DNA from: Capsulimonadaceae bacterium
GTDB taxonomy: Bacteria > Armatimonadota > Armatimonadia > Armatimonadales > Capsulimonadaceae
Length of the DNA stretch: 64,000 nucleotides
Direction of reading: 5' to 3'
NCBI GenBank assembly: GCA_965215505.1
Contig: OZ244065.1
Span: 3,424,001 to 3,488,000, forward strand
Position numbers and translations under genes: made by a program. The notes under the pieces were generated by a model. The model worked only from the letters and a program-made list of their open reading frames with translations, did not search any database and was not told the DNA's origin. This document shows, one piece after another, positions 20,450 through 29,608 of this stretch (the stretch's first letter is position 1; every line of letters starts with the position of its first letter).

Positions 20450-21448
20450 TCATATCCACCGCGCGTTCGGCCCGAAGTCCGCCGAATAGTAGTTGCTGAC
20501 GTGTGTGCCGGGCGGGAAGATCGCATCCAGAGCCTTGTTGTCTTCCTCCGTCACCGTGATCTCCATGGCTTTCAGATAGTCCTCCATCTGCTCCGCCGTG
20601 CGCGGCCCGATGATCGGGCTTGTGACGCCCGGCTGAGCCAAACACCAAGCCAACGCCATCCGCACCGGGGTCACACCGCGCGCCTCGCAGAAAGGCAAAT
20701 ACTGCTCAACGGCGGCCAAAGCGGCGTCGTTGTCCCGGTTGTTGAACGCGCCCTTCTCGTACCGCGCCCCCGCAGGCCGCGTCTGCCCCAGCCGGTACTT
20801 GCCGGACAGCAGCCCGCCCGCGATGGGTGCCCAGGGGATGACGCCGACGCCGTAGGTGCGGCAGAACGGCAGTAATTCGCGCTCGATGCGCCGGTCCAGC
20901 AGGTTGTACGGCGGCTGCTCGCAGACGAAGCGGTTCAGGTGCAGCTCCTTGGAGGCCCAAAGCGACTCCACGAGCTGCCACGCGGCGAACGTGCTGGTCC
21001 CGATGTAGCGCACCTTGCCCGACTTCACCAGGTCATCGAGCGCCCGCAAAGTCTCGTCAATCGGGATGGACGACTTGGGCCGGTGGATCTGATACAAGTC
21101 TATGTGGTCCGTCCCCAGCCGCCGCAGCGAGTCCTCGCAGGCTTTAATCAAGTGGAACCGGTGGCTGCCCCAGGCGTTCGGGTCAGTGTCGTCCATCTTG
21201 TTGTAGCCCTTGGTCGCGAGGAACACTTGATCCCGCTTCCCGTCCCGCGCCAAGGCTTTTCCGACGATGGTTTCCGAGACGCCCCGGCTGTAGACGTCGG
21301 CGGTGTCCAGGAAGTTGACGCCCGCCGCCATCGCCTGGTCAATGATGCCGAACGACTCCTGCTCGTCCGCGCCGTCCCCGAAGTTCATGCAGCCCAGGCA
21401 GAGCGGGCTGACCTGAACCCCCGTCCGCCCTAAAGTCCGATAGTCCAT
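20450..21448 (-). CDS. Aldo/keto reductase
   Basis: MDYRTLGRTG, DTADVY, IDLYQIH and CEQPPYNLL motifs. Confidence 0.95.
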   Translation of the reverse strand: MDYRTLGRTGVQVSPLCLGCMNFGDGADEQESFGIIDQAMAAGVNFLDTADVYSRGVSETIVGKALARDGKRDQVFLATKGYNKMDDTDPNAWGSHRFHLIKACEDSLRRLGTDHIDLYQIHRPKSSIPIDETLRALDDLVKSGKVRYIGTSTFAAWQLVESLWASKELHLNRFVCEQPPYNLLDRRIERELLPFCRTYGVGVIPWAPIAGGLLSGKYRLGQTRPAGARYEKGAFNNRDNDAALAAVEQYLPFCEARGVTPVRMALAWCLAQPGVTSPIIGPRTAEQMEDYLKAMEITVTEEDNKALDAIFPPGTHVSNYYSADFGPNARWI

Positions 21449-21494
21449 GTGTGTCTCCTCATGTTGGCCCCCCGCCCGCGCGGGGGTCATAACC

Positions 21495-21625
21495 GTAGGG
21501 GCGCGATTCATCGCGCCCTCTTCTCCATTCGCCCTCTTCTGGAAAGGGCGAACACCCTGGAAGGGCGAACACAAGGTTCGCCCCTACGACACCGGGCTGT
21601 AGGGCGCGAACCTTGTGTTCGCCCT
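21495..21625. repeat. Cluster of three GTAG-type REPs
   Basis: GTAGGGGCGCGATTCATCGCGCCCT, AGGGCGAACACAAGGTTCGCCCCTAC, GTAGGGCGCGAACCTTGTGTTCGCCCT. Confidence 0.88.
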
Positions 21626-21865
21626 TTCGTTCTCAGGCAGGGCGCGCACCGGCATGTCCTCCTGTGCTGAGGCCGCCGCAAAGGTGATTACCGCACGCAC
21701 GTCTCCTTCCGTAATCGTCGGGAAGTCCCCCAATATCTCCGCCACCGTCGCCCCTTCCCGCAGGCTCGCGAGGACAGTCCGCAGGGTGACACGGGTTCCC
21801 CTGATTACTGCTTCGCCGCCGCAGACTTTCGGGTCTCGGCTAAAGTGCTGTTGATAGTCCATCAT
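21584..21865 (-). CDS. DUF433 domain protein (antitoxin-like)
   Basis: DPKVCGGEAVIRGTRV...EILGDFPTI. Confidence 0.9.
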   Translation of the reverse strand: MMDYQQHFSRDPKVCGGEAVIRGTRVTLRTVLASLREGATVAEILGDFPTITEGDVRAVITFAAASAQEDMPVRALPENERANTRFAPYSPVS

Positions 21866-22178
21866 AAATCCTCACTCCTCGCTCCAAGATCTCGCTCTCC
21901 AGCGAGGCATAGACACGGCTGGCCCTGTCCACCTCCGCCTGTGTCTCTACTAGAACGTCTTTGGGCATGTTCAAGTCGCGTAGACAGCGACGTGCCCGGA
22001 AGTCCCTTTCCCCCCGTGACAGTTGGCTTTGCGGGAGGATGATGAACAAATCCACGTCGCTGTTTTCATTCGGCTGCCCCCACGCATAGGAGCCGAACAA
22101 GTATATCTGGTGCGGCTGGAACTCCGCCACCAGCCGCCGGGTCATTTCTTTGAGTATGCTTTCCACTTCTGCGACCAT
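21840..22178 (-). CDS. Minimal nucleotidyltransferase (MNT)
   Basis: IYLFGSYAWG...SDVDL. Confidence 0.9.
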   Translation of the reverse strand: MVAEVESILKEMTRRLVAEFQPHQIYLFGSYAWGQPNENSDVDLFIILPQSQLSRGERDFRARRCLRDLNMPKDVLVETQAEVDRASRVYASLESEILERGVRIYDGLSTAL

Positions 22179-22196
22179 TTGAGTTGCTCCTAACGC

Positions 22197-22835
22197 CTAC
22201 TCCTGCTGCAAGTCCCGCACCTGGCCTGTGTACAATCCCTGGTGCCGGTGCTGCGCGTCCACCCACGAGACAGGGAAGGTTTCGCGCCCCAGCACGACCG
22301 CGTCGATCGCCGCCCGCATCTGCCGGGCGCAGGTGTTCGGGCCGACCCGCCCGACGCCCGTGCCCAGGCCGGGGAAGGCGAGGCTGTCCACGAAGTCCGC
22401 AATTCGTTCTCCCGCGTAGGTCCCCCGCGTAAACGTGCCGTGCGTCACCAGCAGCAGGGCCGCCCGCGCGGCGAGGTACGGGTTCACGCTGTCGCGCAGG
22501 ATGGTCGGGACGCGCATGGTCGGCGCGGCGACAAGGAACGGCAGGGCGGGGTCGCCCGTCTCGACGATCTCCGCCGCCCCCACCAGCAGTTCCCCGTGGT
22601 GGCTCTCGCGGATGGCCTCTTGCAGACGCTCCTGCACGCCCCAGCCGAAGTGCTGCGTGTAGAGCATGTCGATCCCGCCGTCCATGAACCCGAAGGAATT
22701 GGCCGGGCTGACCACGGCGTCACACGAAAGGTCAAAGACTGAGCCGCGATGCACAGTGACAAACGGCAGGTCGCCGCAGAATCGCTCCCAGGCGTCGGCC
22801 AGGGCGTCTTCCACCGAGGTCAGGATGATGTTCAT
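22197..22835 (-). CDS. Macro domain protein
   Basis: DAVVSPANSFGFMDGGID and FPGLGTGVG motifs. Confidence 0.92.
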   Translation of the reverse strand: MNIILTSVEDALADAWERFCGDLPFVTVHRGSVFDLSCDAVVSPANSFGFMDGGIDMLYTQHFGWGVQERLQEAIRESHHGELLVGAAEIVETGDPALPFLVAAPTMRVPTILRDSVNPYLAARAALLLVTHGTFTRGTYAGERIADFVDSLAFPGLGTGVGRVGPNTCARQMRAAIDAVVLGRETFPVSWVDAQHRHQGLYTGQVRDLQQE

Positions 22836-23158
22836 TTTTGCGCCTCTACTCCCGTCACAACACCGTAGATGTCGCTCCGGTCAACCCAACCGTCCACGCG
22901 CCCCTGATGGCTGCCGATCAGGAACCGTTCGCCCTTCACGGAGAGGATGCCATGCAGGACGACATGCGCGAACCGCTTGCCCTGGATGCGGACCAGCACG
23001 ATGTCACCCACCGTCAGTTCTCCCGCCCGGCACGGCGTCAGCGTGACCAGGTCGCCGTCACTGATGCGCCCGGTCATCGAGTGCCCGCGCGGCCTCACCT
23101 CTACCGTCCGGCCTTCCTGCAAGGCTACTCCCGCTTCTGTTGACCAGTCAATAGCCAC
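22832..23158 (-). CDS. S24/S26 peptidase-like protein
   Basis: RGHSM...DGDLV...GDIVL...H. Confidence 0.7.
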   Translation of the reverse strand: MAIDWSTEAGVALQEGRTVEVRPRGHSMTGRISDGDLVTLTPCRAGELTVGDIVLVRIQGKRFAHVVLHGILSVKGERFLIGSHQGRVDGWVDRSDIYGVVTGVEAQK

Positions 23159-23170
23159 CTCAGAATAAAG

Positions 23171-23326
23171 TCATCGCCCGGTGGCCTGTTCGAGTTCGTA
23201 CCGCATTTCTTCCTCCGTCCACTCCTCATCTTCCAGGGGAGGCAGCGCGGCATCTAGGTCACACGCCGCATCCTGCTGGACCAACACTAGCTGCCCTTCC
23301 TCGATTACGCCGGTCATTTCAGTCAT
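23171..23326 (-). CDS. Small acidic hypothetical protein (51 aa, not in the ORF track)
   Basis: MTEMTGVIEEGQLVLVQQDAACDLDAALPPLEDEEWTEEEMRYELEQATGR fills the operon gap exactly. Confidence 0.5.
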   Translation of the reverse strand: MTEMTGVIEEGQLVLVQQDAACDLDAALPPLEDEEWTEEEMRYELEQATGR

Positions 23327-23344
23327 GTACTATCCCCATGCTGG

Positions 23345-23698
23345 TTACGGCTGGTACTCCACCGTCAGCGCGAATGCCCTTGCAATCTGTGCGAGCGTTT
23401 CCTCCGACAGAATGCCCAGCCTGTTCCCGAAGCGCTCCAGGGACGCGCCGCGCATCTGGAACGCATCGGCGGCAGAGAGCTTGGTCAGGCCGCTGGCAGG
23501 CGTCGCTTCCACGCGCGCCATCCAGAAATAGCGCCGGTAGGTTTCACTCCACCCGGTCAGCGGCACGATCAAGCGGAGCGGCATACGGCCTGCGGCGTCA
23601 GAATTAAGGACAACTGCTGGCCTCGTTTTTTGCAGTTCCGCGCCCCGCGTCGGTTCCAGGTTCACCCACCAGATTTCACCACGAACGGGGTTGATCAC
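23345..23698 (-). CDS. PemK/MazF family toxin
   Basis: RGEIWWVNLEPTRGAELQKTRPAVV...IVPLT; GTG start overlaps the antitoxin. Confidence 0.93.
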   Translation of the reverse strand: MINPVRGEIWWVNLEPTRGAELQKTRPAVVLNSDAAGRMPLRLIVPLTGWSETYRRYFWMARVEATPASGLTKLSAADAFQMRGASLERFGNRLGILSEETLAQIARAFALTVEYQP

Positions 23699-24029
23699 TG
23701 TGGTGCTCCTCCATGACGGGATCGCCATCAAGGGCCGTGAATGCGGTCAGCTCTCGCTGTTCCATGGGAAGCGCCAAGTCCGCCGCATAAAGGGGCGCCG
23801 CCTCGTCGAACTGCGCTGCCATGATGCGCCGCCTTTCTTCCAGGGGTAGGGACAGCAGGTAGGCGGGGTCGGACTCGCGGGGCCGCCCGGTGTCCCCCGC
23901 AGGCTCGTGTCGCTCGCCGTTGCCACCCGGCTCGCCAAGAATCTGCCTTAAATAGTCAGTCACGTCCTGCCCGTGGCGGGCCGCTCTCTCGCGCAGGCCG
24001 TCCTCAATGTCCGCCGGTAGTTCTAACAT
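23676..24029 (-). CDS. Putative antitoxin
   Basis: RHH-like LELPADIEDGLRERAARHG, acidic C-terminus, overlaps the toxin, AAGGAG RBS. Confidence 0.7.
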   Translation of the reverse strand: MLELPADIEDGLRERAARHGQDVTDYLRQILGEPGGNGERHEPAGDTGRPRESDPAYLLSLPLEERRRIMAAQFDEAAPLYAADLALPMEQRELTAFTALDGDPVMEEHHSDQPRSW

Positions 24030-24049
24030 CTGCTTCTCCTTTTCGGTGC

Positions 24050-27000
24050 TTATGCCTTCTCCAGCTTCGCGAACCCCAAGTCCAGCTTCTTCATGCCGAC
24101 CGCGCCCATGAACTGGACTTTGACGACGGTGTCGCTCTCGTAGCCGACCACGAAGCCGACGCCGAAGACGGCGTGGCTGACCTTGGTGCCCATCTCGAAG
24201 GGCAGGGCACTGGCCTTGGGCGCGGGCGGGGCCTTCTGGGCGGAGGCGCGGGCCAGGTCGTCCCACTTGGGCGCGTACTGCGACTCGGGCCGGCGGCTGC
24301 CTTCGGTCAGTGTCGGCGTGTAGGTCTCGGCCGTCCCACGGCGGGAGGACTTGGCGAGGAACAGGTTCATGGGGATCTCGCCGACGAAGCGCGAGACGGG
24401 GTTGCGCTGCACGTTGCCGAAGAGCATCCGCGACCCGGCATAGGACATGAACAACTCTTCCTGGGCGCGCGTGATGCCGACATAGCACAAGCGCCGCTCT
24501 TCTTCGAGTTCGACCTGGTTGCCCATCGCCCGGAAGTGCGGGAAGATGCCTTCCTCCAACCCCGTCAGGAAGACGACCGAGAATTCTAACCCCTTGGCGG
24601 CGTGCAGGGTCATCATCGTGACCGAGTTCGCCGCGTCCTCCAGGCTGTCCGCGTCGGAGACGAGCGAGACGTTCTCCAGGAACTTGCCTAAAGAGGCGTC
24701 GCCGTCCTCGCCCTCCGCCTTGGCCGCCCGGTCCTCGAACTCCTTGGCGACCGACAGCAGCTCGCCGACGTTCTCAACGCGCGACTCGGCCTCGGGCGTC
24801 TTGTCTCGCTTTAAGTCTTCGATGTACCCCGTCGTGTCCAGGACGTTCTGGAGCAGCACCGACACCGATTGCGTGTCCCGCTTGGTCGTCAGATACTCGA
24901 TGATCTTGACGAAGCCTTGAATGCTGTTCTTGGCCCGCGCGGGCAATTCTATCTCATGCACCCGGCGGCAGGCGTCCCAGAAGGCGATCTCGGAGCGGGA
25001 GGCGAAGCTGTTGACCTTCTCCACCGTGGTCGTCCCGATGGCCCGCGCGGGGACATTGATGATGCGCCGCATGCTCACGCCGTCATAGGGGTTCAGCAGG
25101 ACACGCAAATAGGCGATCAGGTCCTTGATCTCGCGCCGCTCGTAGAACCGGACCCCGCCGACGATCTTGTACGGGATGCGGTAGTTGATGAACTGCTCTT
25201 CCAGGGCGCGCGACTGCGAGTTGGCGCGGTACAGCACGGCGAAGTCGGAGTAGCGCCGGTCGCCCGTCACGCTCTCCTCGCGGACCACGCCGACGATGGC
25301 GGCGGCCTCCTCGACTTCGTTGGGCGCTTCGATGAGCGTGATGCTCTCGCCCTCCACCTTGTCCGTCCACAGCCGCTTGTCCGCCCGCCCCCGATTGTTG
25401 CGGACGACGTGGTAGGCGGCGTCCAGGATGTTCTTGGTGCTCCGGTAGTTCTGCTCCAATTTGATGATGGAGGCGTCGGGAAAGTCCCGCTCGAAGTTCA
25501 GGATGATCTGGACGTTCGCGCCCCGGAAGGCGTAGATGGAGTTGTGGACGACGATGCCGCCCGCGACGTAGTTGCGGAGGTTTGCGACGGACAGGTCGTA
25601 AACCTTGCCGGTGTACGGCTCGTCGGTGATGGATGCAATCTTACTTTCGAGGACAACATCACGCAAGTTTGCCAGAATTGAGTGACGGCGGTCCACGAGT
25701 GCTTTATCTAAGACTGGCAGCATCCGATGCTCTGTCAATTCCATGGCGGCTGAAGCTATTCGGTTGTAGCCGCCGAGCGAGGCTTTCGTTACGATTTCAG
25801 GGAAATCATACTGCCCTTGAAGCCGTTTGGCAAAGACCCAAGCATCATCAAAAGTGCTGAAAGTGGCCTTCGTGCTTTTTTTGTATGTTCCTGCTTCAAC
25901 CGTGAACGCTGGCTCTCTGTTGCCATAATCGATCTCGTCGTAACCCAACCAATTTGCTGAGAACATTGTCAGCTCGACGGCATTTTTGAGGAACACGTTA
26001 CCCGTGTCATACGAGACCGAGTAATGACCGTCCGCATCTATCGAGTCATGCCCATCTGCATCTTTGTAGCCGCTGCGTGGGTCACGGTCGGATTTTGAGC
26101 TGAACATGACATGATTGGGCGTCACGCACACCGAATCACCTTGATCAGTACGGATGTCACGGACCGGCCCGGTGTAGTCATTGACCATCACTTTTTCAAC
26201 TACTGCCGCCGCTACACCTGCCGCACCGCAGGCCGCCAGAACTGTGTCGCCCTCTTTAATCTGCTCCACCGGCACATACCCGGACGGCGTCAGGATCGGC
26301 GTGCCCTCGACCACGCACTGGTCGTCGTCGCCGACGACGCAGATGTTCTTGTACTTGCCCGCGAACAGCGTCAGAAGCTGGTACTGGCTGTCGTTCACGT
26401 CCTGGAACTCGTCGCAGTGGACGAAATGGAAGCGGTTCTGGTAGTGCTCCCGCGCCTTCTCCGACTCGCGCAAAAGCTGCACCGTCTTCATGATGAGGTC
26501 ATCGAAGTCCAGGGCGTTCGACAATGTCAGCTTGCTCTGATAGAGCTGGTACGCCTTGCCCACCGCCCGCTCGAACGGCGAGGCCGAGAAGTCGTTCAGG
26601 ATGTCCTCGGGCGTCTGCAACGTCTCCTTGGCCTTGGAAATGAGGGACAGGATGGCGCGCGGGGCGAACTGCTTGTCGTCCATGTTCAGCTCGCGCACGG
26701 CCTCTTTCACCAGCGAAAGCTGATCGCCGTCGTCGTAGATGACGAAGTTCTTGTCCAGCCCGATCATGGTTCCGCGCTCGCGCAGGCAGCGCGCGCAGAG
26801 CGAATGGAACGTCCCCGCCCACAAATCCCGCATGGCGAGGTCGCCCACGAGGTTTGCGATCCGCTCCTTCATCCCCGCCGCCGCCTTGTTGGTAAAGGTA
26901 ACGGCCAGAATATTGTAGGGGCGGACGTACCGCTCCCGGATGAGGTACGCGATGCGCTTGGTCAGGGCGTTGGTCTTGCCCGACCCGGCCCCGGCGAAGA

Positions 27001-27175
27001 TGAGGACCGGCCCGTTCTCGTGCAGGACGGCGGCCCGCTGCGGCTCGTTCAGCCCGGCCAGGAGGGGCGAGTTCAGGTTGGGCGCGTCGGCGGGCCGGTT
27101 ACCGGCGGGCGTGTTGGGTTCAGAGCGCGGGACGGCGTCCCAATCGGGTTCCGCGTTGGGGTCAAAAGAGGGCAT
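24050..27175 (-). CDS. pcrA: UvrD/PcrA DNA helicase containing an intein
   Basis: AGAGSGKT, DEFQD, GDDDQ/SIY, LEQNYRST, TLHAAKGLEF, EEERRLCYVGITRA and C-terminal HAVFGVG. Confidence 0.95.
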   Translation of the reverse strand: MPSFDPNAEPDWDAVPRSEPNTPAGNRPADAPNLNSPLLAGLNEPQRAAVLHENGPVLIFAGAGSGKTNALTKRIAYLIRERYVRPYNILAVTFTNKAAAGMKERIANLVGDLAMRDLWAGTFHSLCARCLRERGTMIGLDKNFVIYDDGDQLSLVKEAVRELNMDDKQFAPRAILSLISKAKETLQTPEDILNDFSASPFERAVGKAYQLYQSKLTLSNALDFDDLIMKTVQLLRESEKAREHYQNRFHFVHCDEFQDVNDSQYQLLTLFAGKYKNICVVGDDDQCVVEGTPILTPSGYVPVEQIKEGDTVLAACGAAGVAAAVVEKVMVNDYTGPVRDIRTDQGDSVCVTPNHVMFSSKSDRDPRSGYKDADGHDSIDADGHYSVSYDTGNVFLKNAVELTMFSANWLGYDEIDYGNREPAFTVEAGTYKKSTKATFSTFDDAWVFAKRLQGQYDFPEIVTKASLGGYNRIASAAMELTEHRMLPVLDKALVDRRHSILANLRDVVLESKIASITDEPYTGKVYDLSVANLRNYVAGGIVVHNSIYAFRGANVQIILNFERDFPDASIIKLEQNYRSTKNILDAAYHVVRNNRGRADKRLWTDKVEGESITLIEAPNEVEEAAAIVGVVREESVTGDRRYSDFAVLYRANSQSRALEEQFINYRIPYKIVGGVRFYERREIKDLIAYLRVLLNPYDGVSMRRIINVPARAIGTTTVEKVNSFASRSEIAFWDACRRVHEIELPARAKNSIQGFVKIIEYLTTKRDTQSVSVLLQNVLDTTGYIEDLKRDKTPEAESRVENVGELLSVAKEFEDRAAKAEGEDGDASLGKFLENVSLVSDADSLEDAANSVTMMTLHAAKGLEFSVVFLTGLEEGIFPHFRAMGNQVELEEERRLCYVGITRAQEELFMSYAGSRMLFGNVQRNPVSRFVGEIPMNLFLAKSSRRGTAETYTPTLTEGSRRPESQYAPKWDDLARASAQKAPPAPKASALPFEMGTKVSHAVFGVGFVVGYESDTVVKVQFMGAVGMKKLDLGFAKLEKA
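25541..26317 (-). mobile_element. Intein (259 aa) in helicase motif III
   Basis: Q|CVVEGT...TPNH...VYDLSV...VVHN|S splits GDDDQSIY. Confidence 0.95.
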
Positions 27176-27248
27176 GGGGAGATTATACCTGGAAGCAAGC
27201 GCCCCCGGCCATTCATGGCCGGTCCAAACGCGCCCCCGCAAAAAACCC

Positions 27249-27277
27249 TTGCGCTTTTCCCACACTTATGGTAAAAT
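27249..27277 (+). promoter_or_regulatory. tRNA-Ser promoter
   Basis: TTGCGC-17bp-TAAAAT with extended TG. Confidence 0.65.
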
Positions 27278-27304
27278 ATCCAGGTCAACATCACCGGCCC
27301 GTGG

Positions 27305-27394
27305 GGGAAGGTGGCTGAGTGGTCGAAAGCGGCTCACTGCTAATGAGTTATACGGGGTAAACCCGTATCGCAGGTTCGAATCCTGTCCTTCCCG
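27305..27394 (+). tRNA. tRNA-Ser(GCT)
   Basis: GGGAAGG/CCTTCCC acceptor, CT-GCT-AA loop, long variable arm, GGTTCGAATCC. Confidence 0.95.
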
Positions 27395-27421
27395 CTCGTT
27401 AGGATGTCTGACAAGGAGGCG

Positions 27422-27452
27422 GCCCCGGTTTCTCAGGAGACCGGGGCTGTTT
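27422..27452 (+). terminator. Intrinsic terminator after tRNA-Ser
   Basis: GCCCCGGTTTC-TCAG-GAGACCGGGGC then TGTTT. Confidence 0.65.
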
Positions 27453-27486
27453 CCGTCTGTCGCAAGGAAGAAGCGAAAGAAAGTCA

Positions 27487-27885
27487 ATGCAAGACGATGT
27501 GCCCGACCTGGGGCCGATCCCCTGGCGGAACCTGCTCCACTTCGATGCCAAAGCCATCGCGGCCTTCGCCACCTGCGCCCTGATGCTGGTCGGCCTGCTG
27601 GTCCTCCTCCCGGCCTGGCTGCGCGGGCAGGAGCGGGCGGACTTCGCGGGGACATCGGCACGGACCGCGCCGGGCATCGTGACCATCTGCGAGATTTCGC
27701 CCGTGACCCAGGGCGGGGGCGGGCTGTTCAACGCCGTCACGGTCGCCTTCGCCAATCGGCAGAGCTACTACGCCATCCCCCCGACCTCCAAGTGGGTGCC
27801 CAAGTTCCACCAGAACGTGCGCGTGACCTACCGCGTCGGGCGACAGACGGGGGCCGTGCGCGTGGATGCGGTGACGCCGGAGTAG
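27487..27885 (+). CDS. Hypothetical single-TM protein
   Basis: One TM followed by a beta-rich domain; GC3 bias. Confidence 0.65.
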   Translation: MQDDVPDLGPIPWRNLLHFDAKAIAAFATCALMLVGLLVLLPAWLRGQERADFAGTSARTAPGIVTICEISPVTQGGGGLFNAVTVAFANRQSYYAIPPTSKWVPKFHQNVRVTYRVGRQTGAVRVDAVTPE

Positions 27886-27983
27886 GCCGCGCGGAGATAA
27901 GAGTCTTCTAATCCGCGTCTCACGTCCTTCTAATGTCCGACCCGTATACTGAGGGGGACGCATAGGGAGGAAAGACAAACGCC

Positions 27984-28406
27984 ATGACAAGCAACAGAAT
28001 GACCGGAATCAGACTCTCGCCCGTCCTGCTGATGAGCCTCGGGGCCTTCGCCGTGATCGCCGCCGCCCAGGCCGCCCCGCCCAAGGCCAAGGTCTCCCCG
28101 GCGCAGGCGAAAATGGCCGCCGTCAAGAAGATCGCCGGCCACGCGACCGGGGCCGTGTACGAACTCGAGGACGGGCACTGGCAGTACGCCGTTACCATCG
28201 TCAACAAGGCCGGCCAGATGTACGAGGTCGCAGTCAACTCGACCACGGGCAAGGTGATGAGCACGGAAAAGACTTCGGCCGCCTCGGAGAAGACCGAAGC
28301 CGCCGCCGACGCGAAGGCCGCCGCGAAGGCGAAGATGACGGGCCATGCCGCCGCCAAGGCCCCCGCCAAGCCGGAAGCCGACGAGAAAGGCGAGAAGCCC
28401 GACTAG
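27984..28406 (+). CDS. PepSY domain secreted protein
   Basis: Signal peptide; VSPAQAK...YELEDG..QYAV...EVAVNSTTGKV. Confidence 0.82.
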   Translation: MTSNRMTGIRLSPVLLMSLGAFAVIAAAQAAPPKAKVSPAQAKMAAVKKIAGHATGAVYELEDGHWQYAVTIVNKAGQMYEVAVNSTTGKVMSTEKTSAASEKTEAAADAKAAAKAKMTGHAAAKAPAKPEADEKGEKPD

Positions 28407-28488
28407 GGCCTCACTTGCCCATACCTATCCGAAGAAGCAGCCTGCGGCCAGACCCGGTCGGCAGGCTGTTTCCGTCTCGGGCTGCTCC

Positions 28489-29265
28489 CTACGGCAGCCA
28501 CCGGTGCAGCCCCCAGATCAGCCCCGCCGTCACCGCGAAGGCCAGGCCGCCGCTGGCGAAGAAGGGGACCGACGGCCCCTCGGCCTTCGCTCCGCGCGGG
28601 CGCGTGGACAGGCCCAGCGTGGTGGTGACCAGGTACACGAAGCCGCCGCCGACGTGCGCGAACAGCAGCCCTAATGACGACAGGGGCAGGCCGCGCAAGG
28701 CGAAGACGGCCAGAAATGCCCCCAGTTCCGTCGTGGACTCGATGCCCAGAGTCCACAGCAGGGCCGTCCGCCGCGAGTAGCCCGCCCCCAGCAGCAGCAG
28801 GGCCAGGGCCAACCCTTCGGGGAACTTGTGGAACGACACGGCCAGCAGCACGGCCAGGTTCGGGCGGCCCGTGATCTCGTCGCCCACCACGACCGCCACG
28901 CCGTCCATCGCGCTGTGGACGCCCAGGGCCAGCATCAAGAGGACGACGGTCTGCCCCAGCCTCTCCGTCGTCGCCCGGTCGAACGCCCCCACCGAGCAGG
29001 CCGGGCACAGATGGTAGACGTACTTCCCCAAGGCCCAGAACAGGGCGTAGCCGCTCGCGCCCGCCAGCCCAAAGGCGGGCCAGGACAGCAGGGATTTGGC
29101 GTCCGGCAGGACGTCGAACAGCGTGACGGCCAGCAGCGCGCCCATGGCGGCATAGACCAGCACGTTCAGGCGGCGCGGCGCGAGGCGGCCTAGAGAGATG
29201 CCGAGCGCGCCGCCGCCGAAGGCGATCAGGGTGGCGAGGGTCGCGCGCAGAAGAAGAAGCGTCAT
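28489..29265 (-). CDS. ZIP family metal transporter
   Basis: HSAMDG and FHKFPEG motifs; multi-TM. Confidence 0.9.
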   Translation of the reverse strand: MTLLLLRATLATLIAFGGGALGISLGRLAPRRLNVLVYAAMGALLAVTLFDVLPDAKSLLSWPAFGLAGASGYALFWALGKYVYHLCPACSVGAFDRATTERLGQTVVLLMLALGVHSAMDGVAVVVGDEITGRPNLAVLLAVSFHKFPEGLALALLLLGAGYSRRTALLWTLGIESTTELGAFLAVFALRGLPLSSLGLLFAHVGGGFVYLVTTTLGLSTRPRGAKAEGPSVPFFASGGLAFAVTAGLIWGLHRWLP

Positions 29266-29347
29266 GGTGGAAACGTCATGGTGTGAGATGTGGTCATGGG
29301 CGCGGCGGGATCAGGACGGATCAGGACGGATCAGGACGGGATCAGGA

Positions 29348-29476
29348 CGAGTGATTGAAATCACTCGCTGACGAGGACCTGTCCAGGGGACAGAAGAAGG
29401 AGAGAACGCTGCCGTCTAGGTCCCTTCCCTTGTCCCCTGGACAAAGCCTGTCGTAGCGAGTGATTTCAATCACTCG
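29348..29476. repeat. REPIN-like family A copy 4, preceded by GGATCAGGAC x4 (29308-29348)
   Basis: Four conserved palindromes, 32-bp spacer. Confidence 0.92.
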
Positions 29477-29573
29477 CCCGTCTCGCCCCGGCTCGCGGCC
29501 TGGTTCCGGCTCGCGGCCTGGTTCTTGTGACAGCCGGCGCGGGCCGACACGCCTATAATTCATACGGGCGCTC

Positions 29574-29602
29574 TTGCGTTCCGCGCGAAGGCGTGGTACA
29601 AT
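29574..29602 (+). promoter_or_regulatory. Promoter of the DUF2946-like leader (leaderless start)
   Basis: TTGCGT-17bp-TACAAT with TG; GTG start 6 nt downstream. Confidence 0.65.
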
Positions 29603-29608
29603 GCCCGC

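Noticed and set aside
27305-27900. Prophage or ICE integrated at tRNA-Ser or tRNA-Gln
   Set aside because: No integrase, and no duplicated tRNA 3' end was seen in the window.
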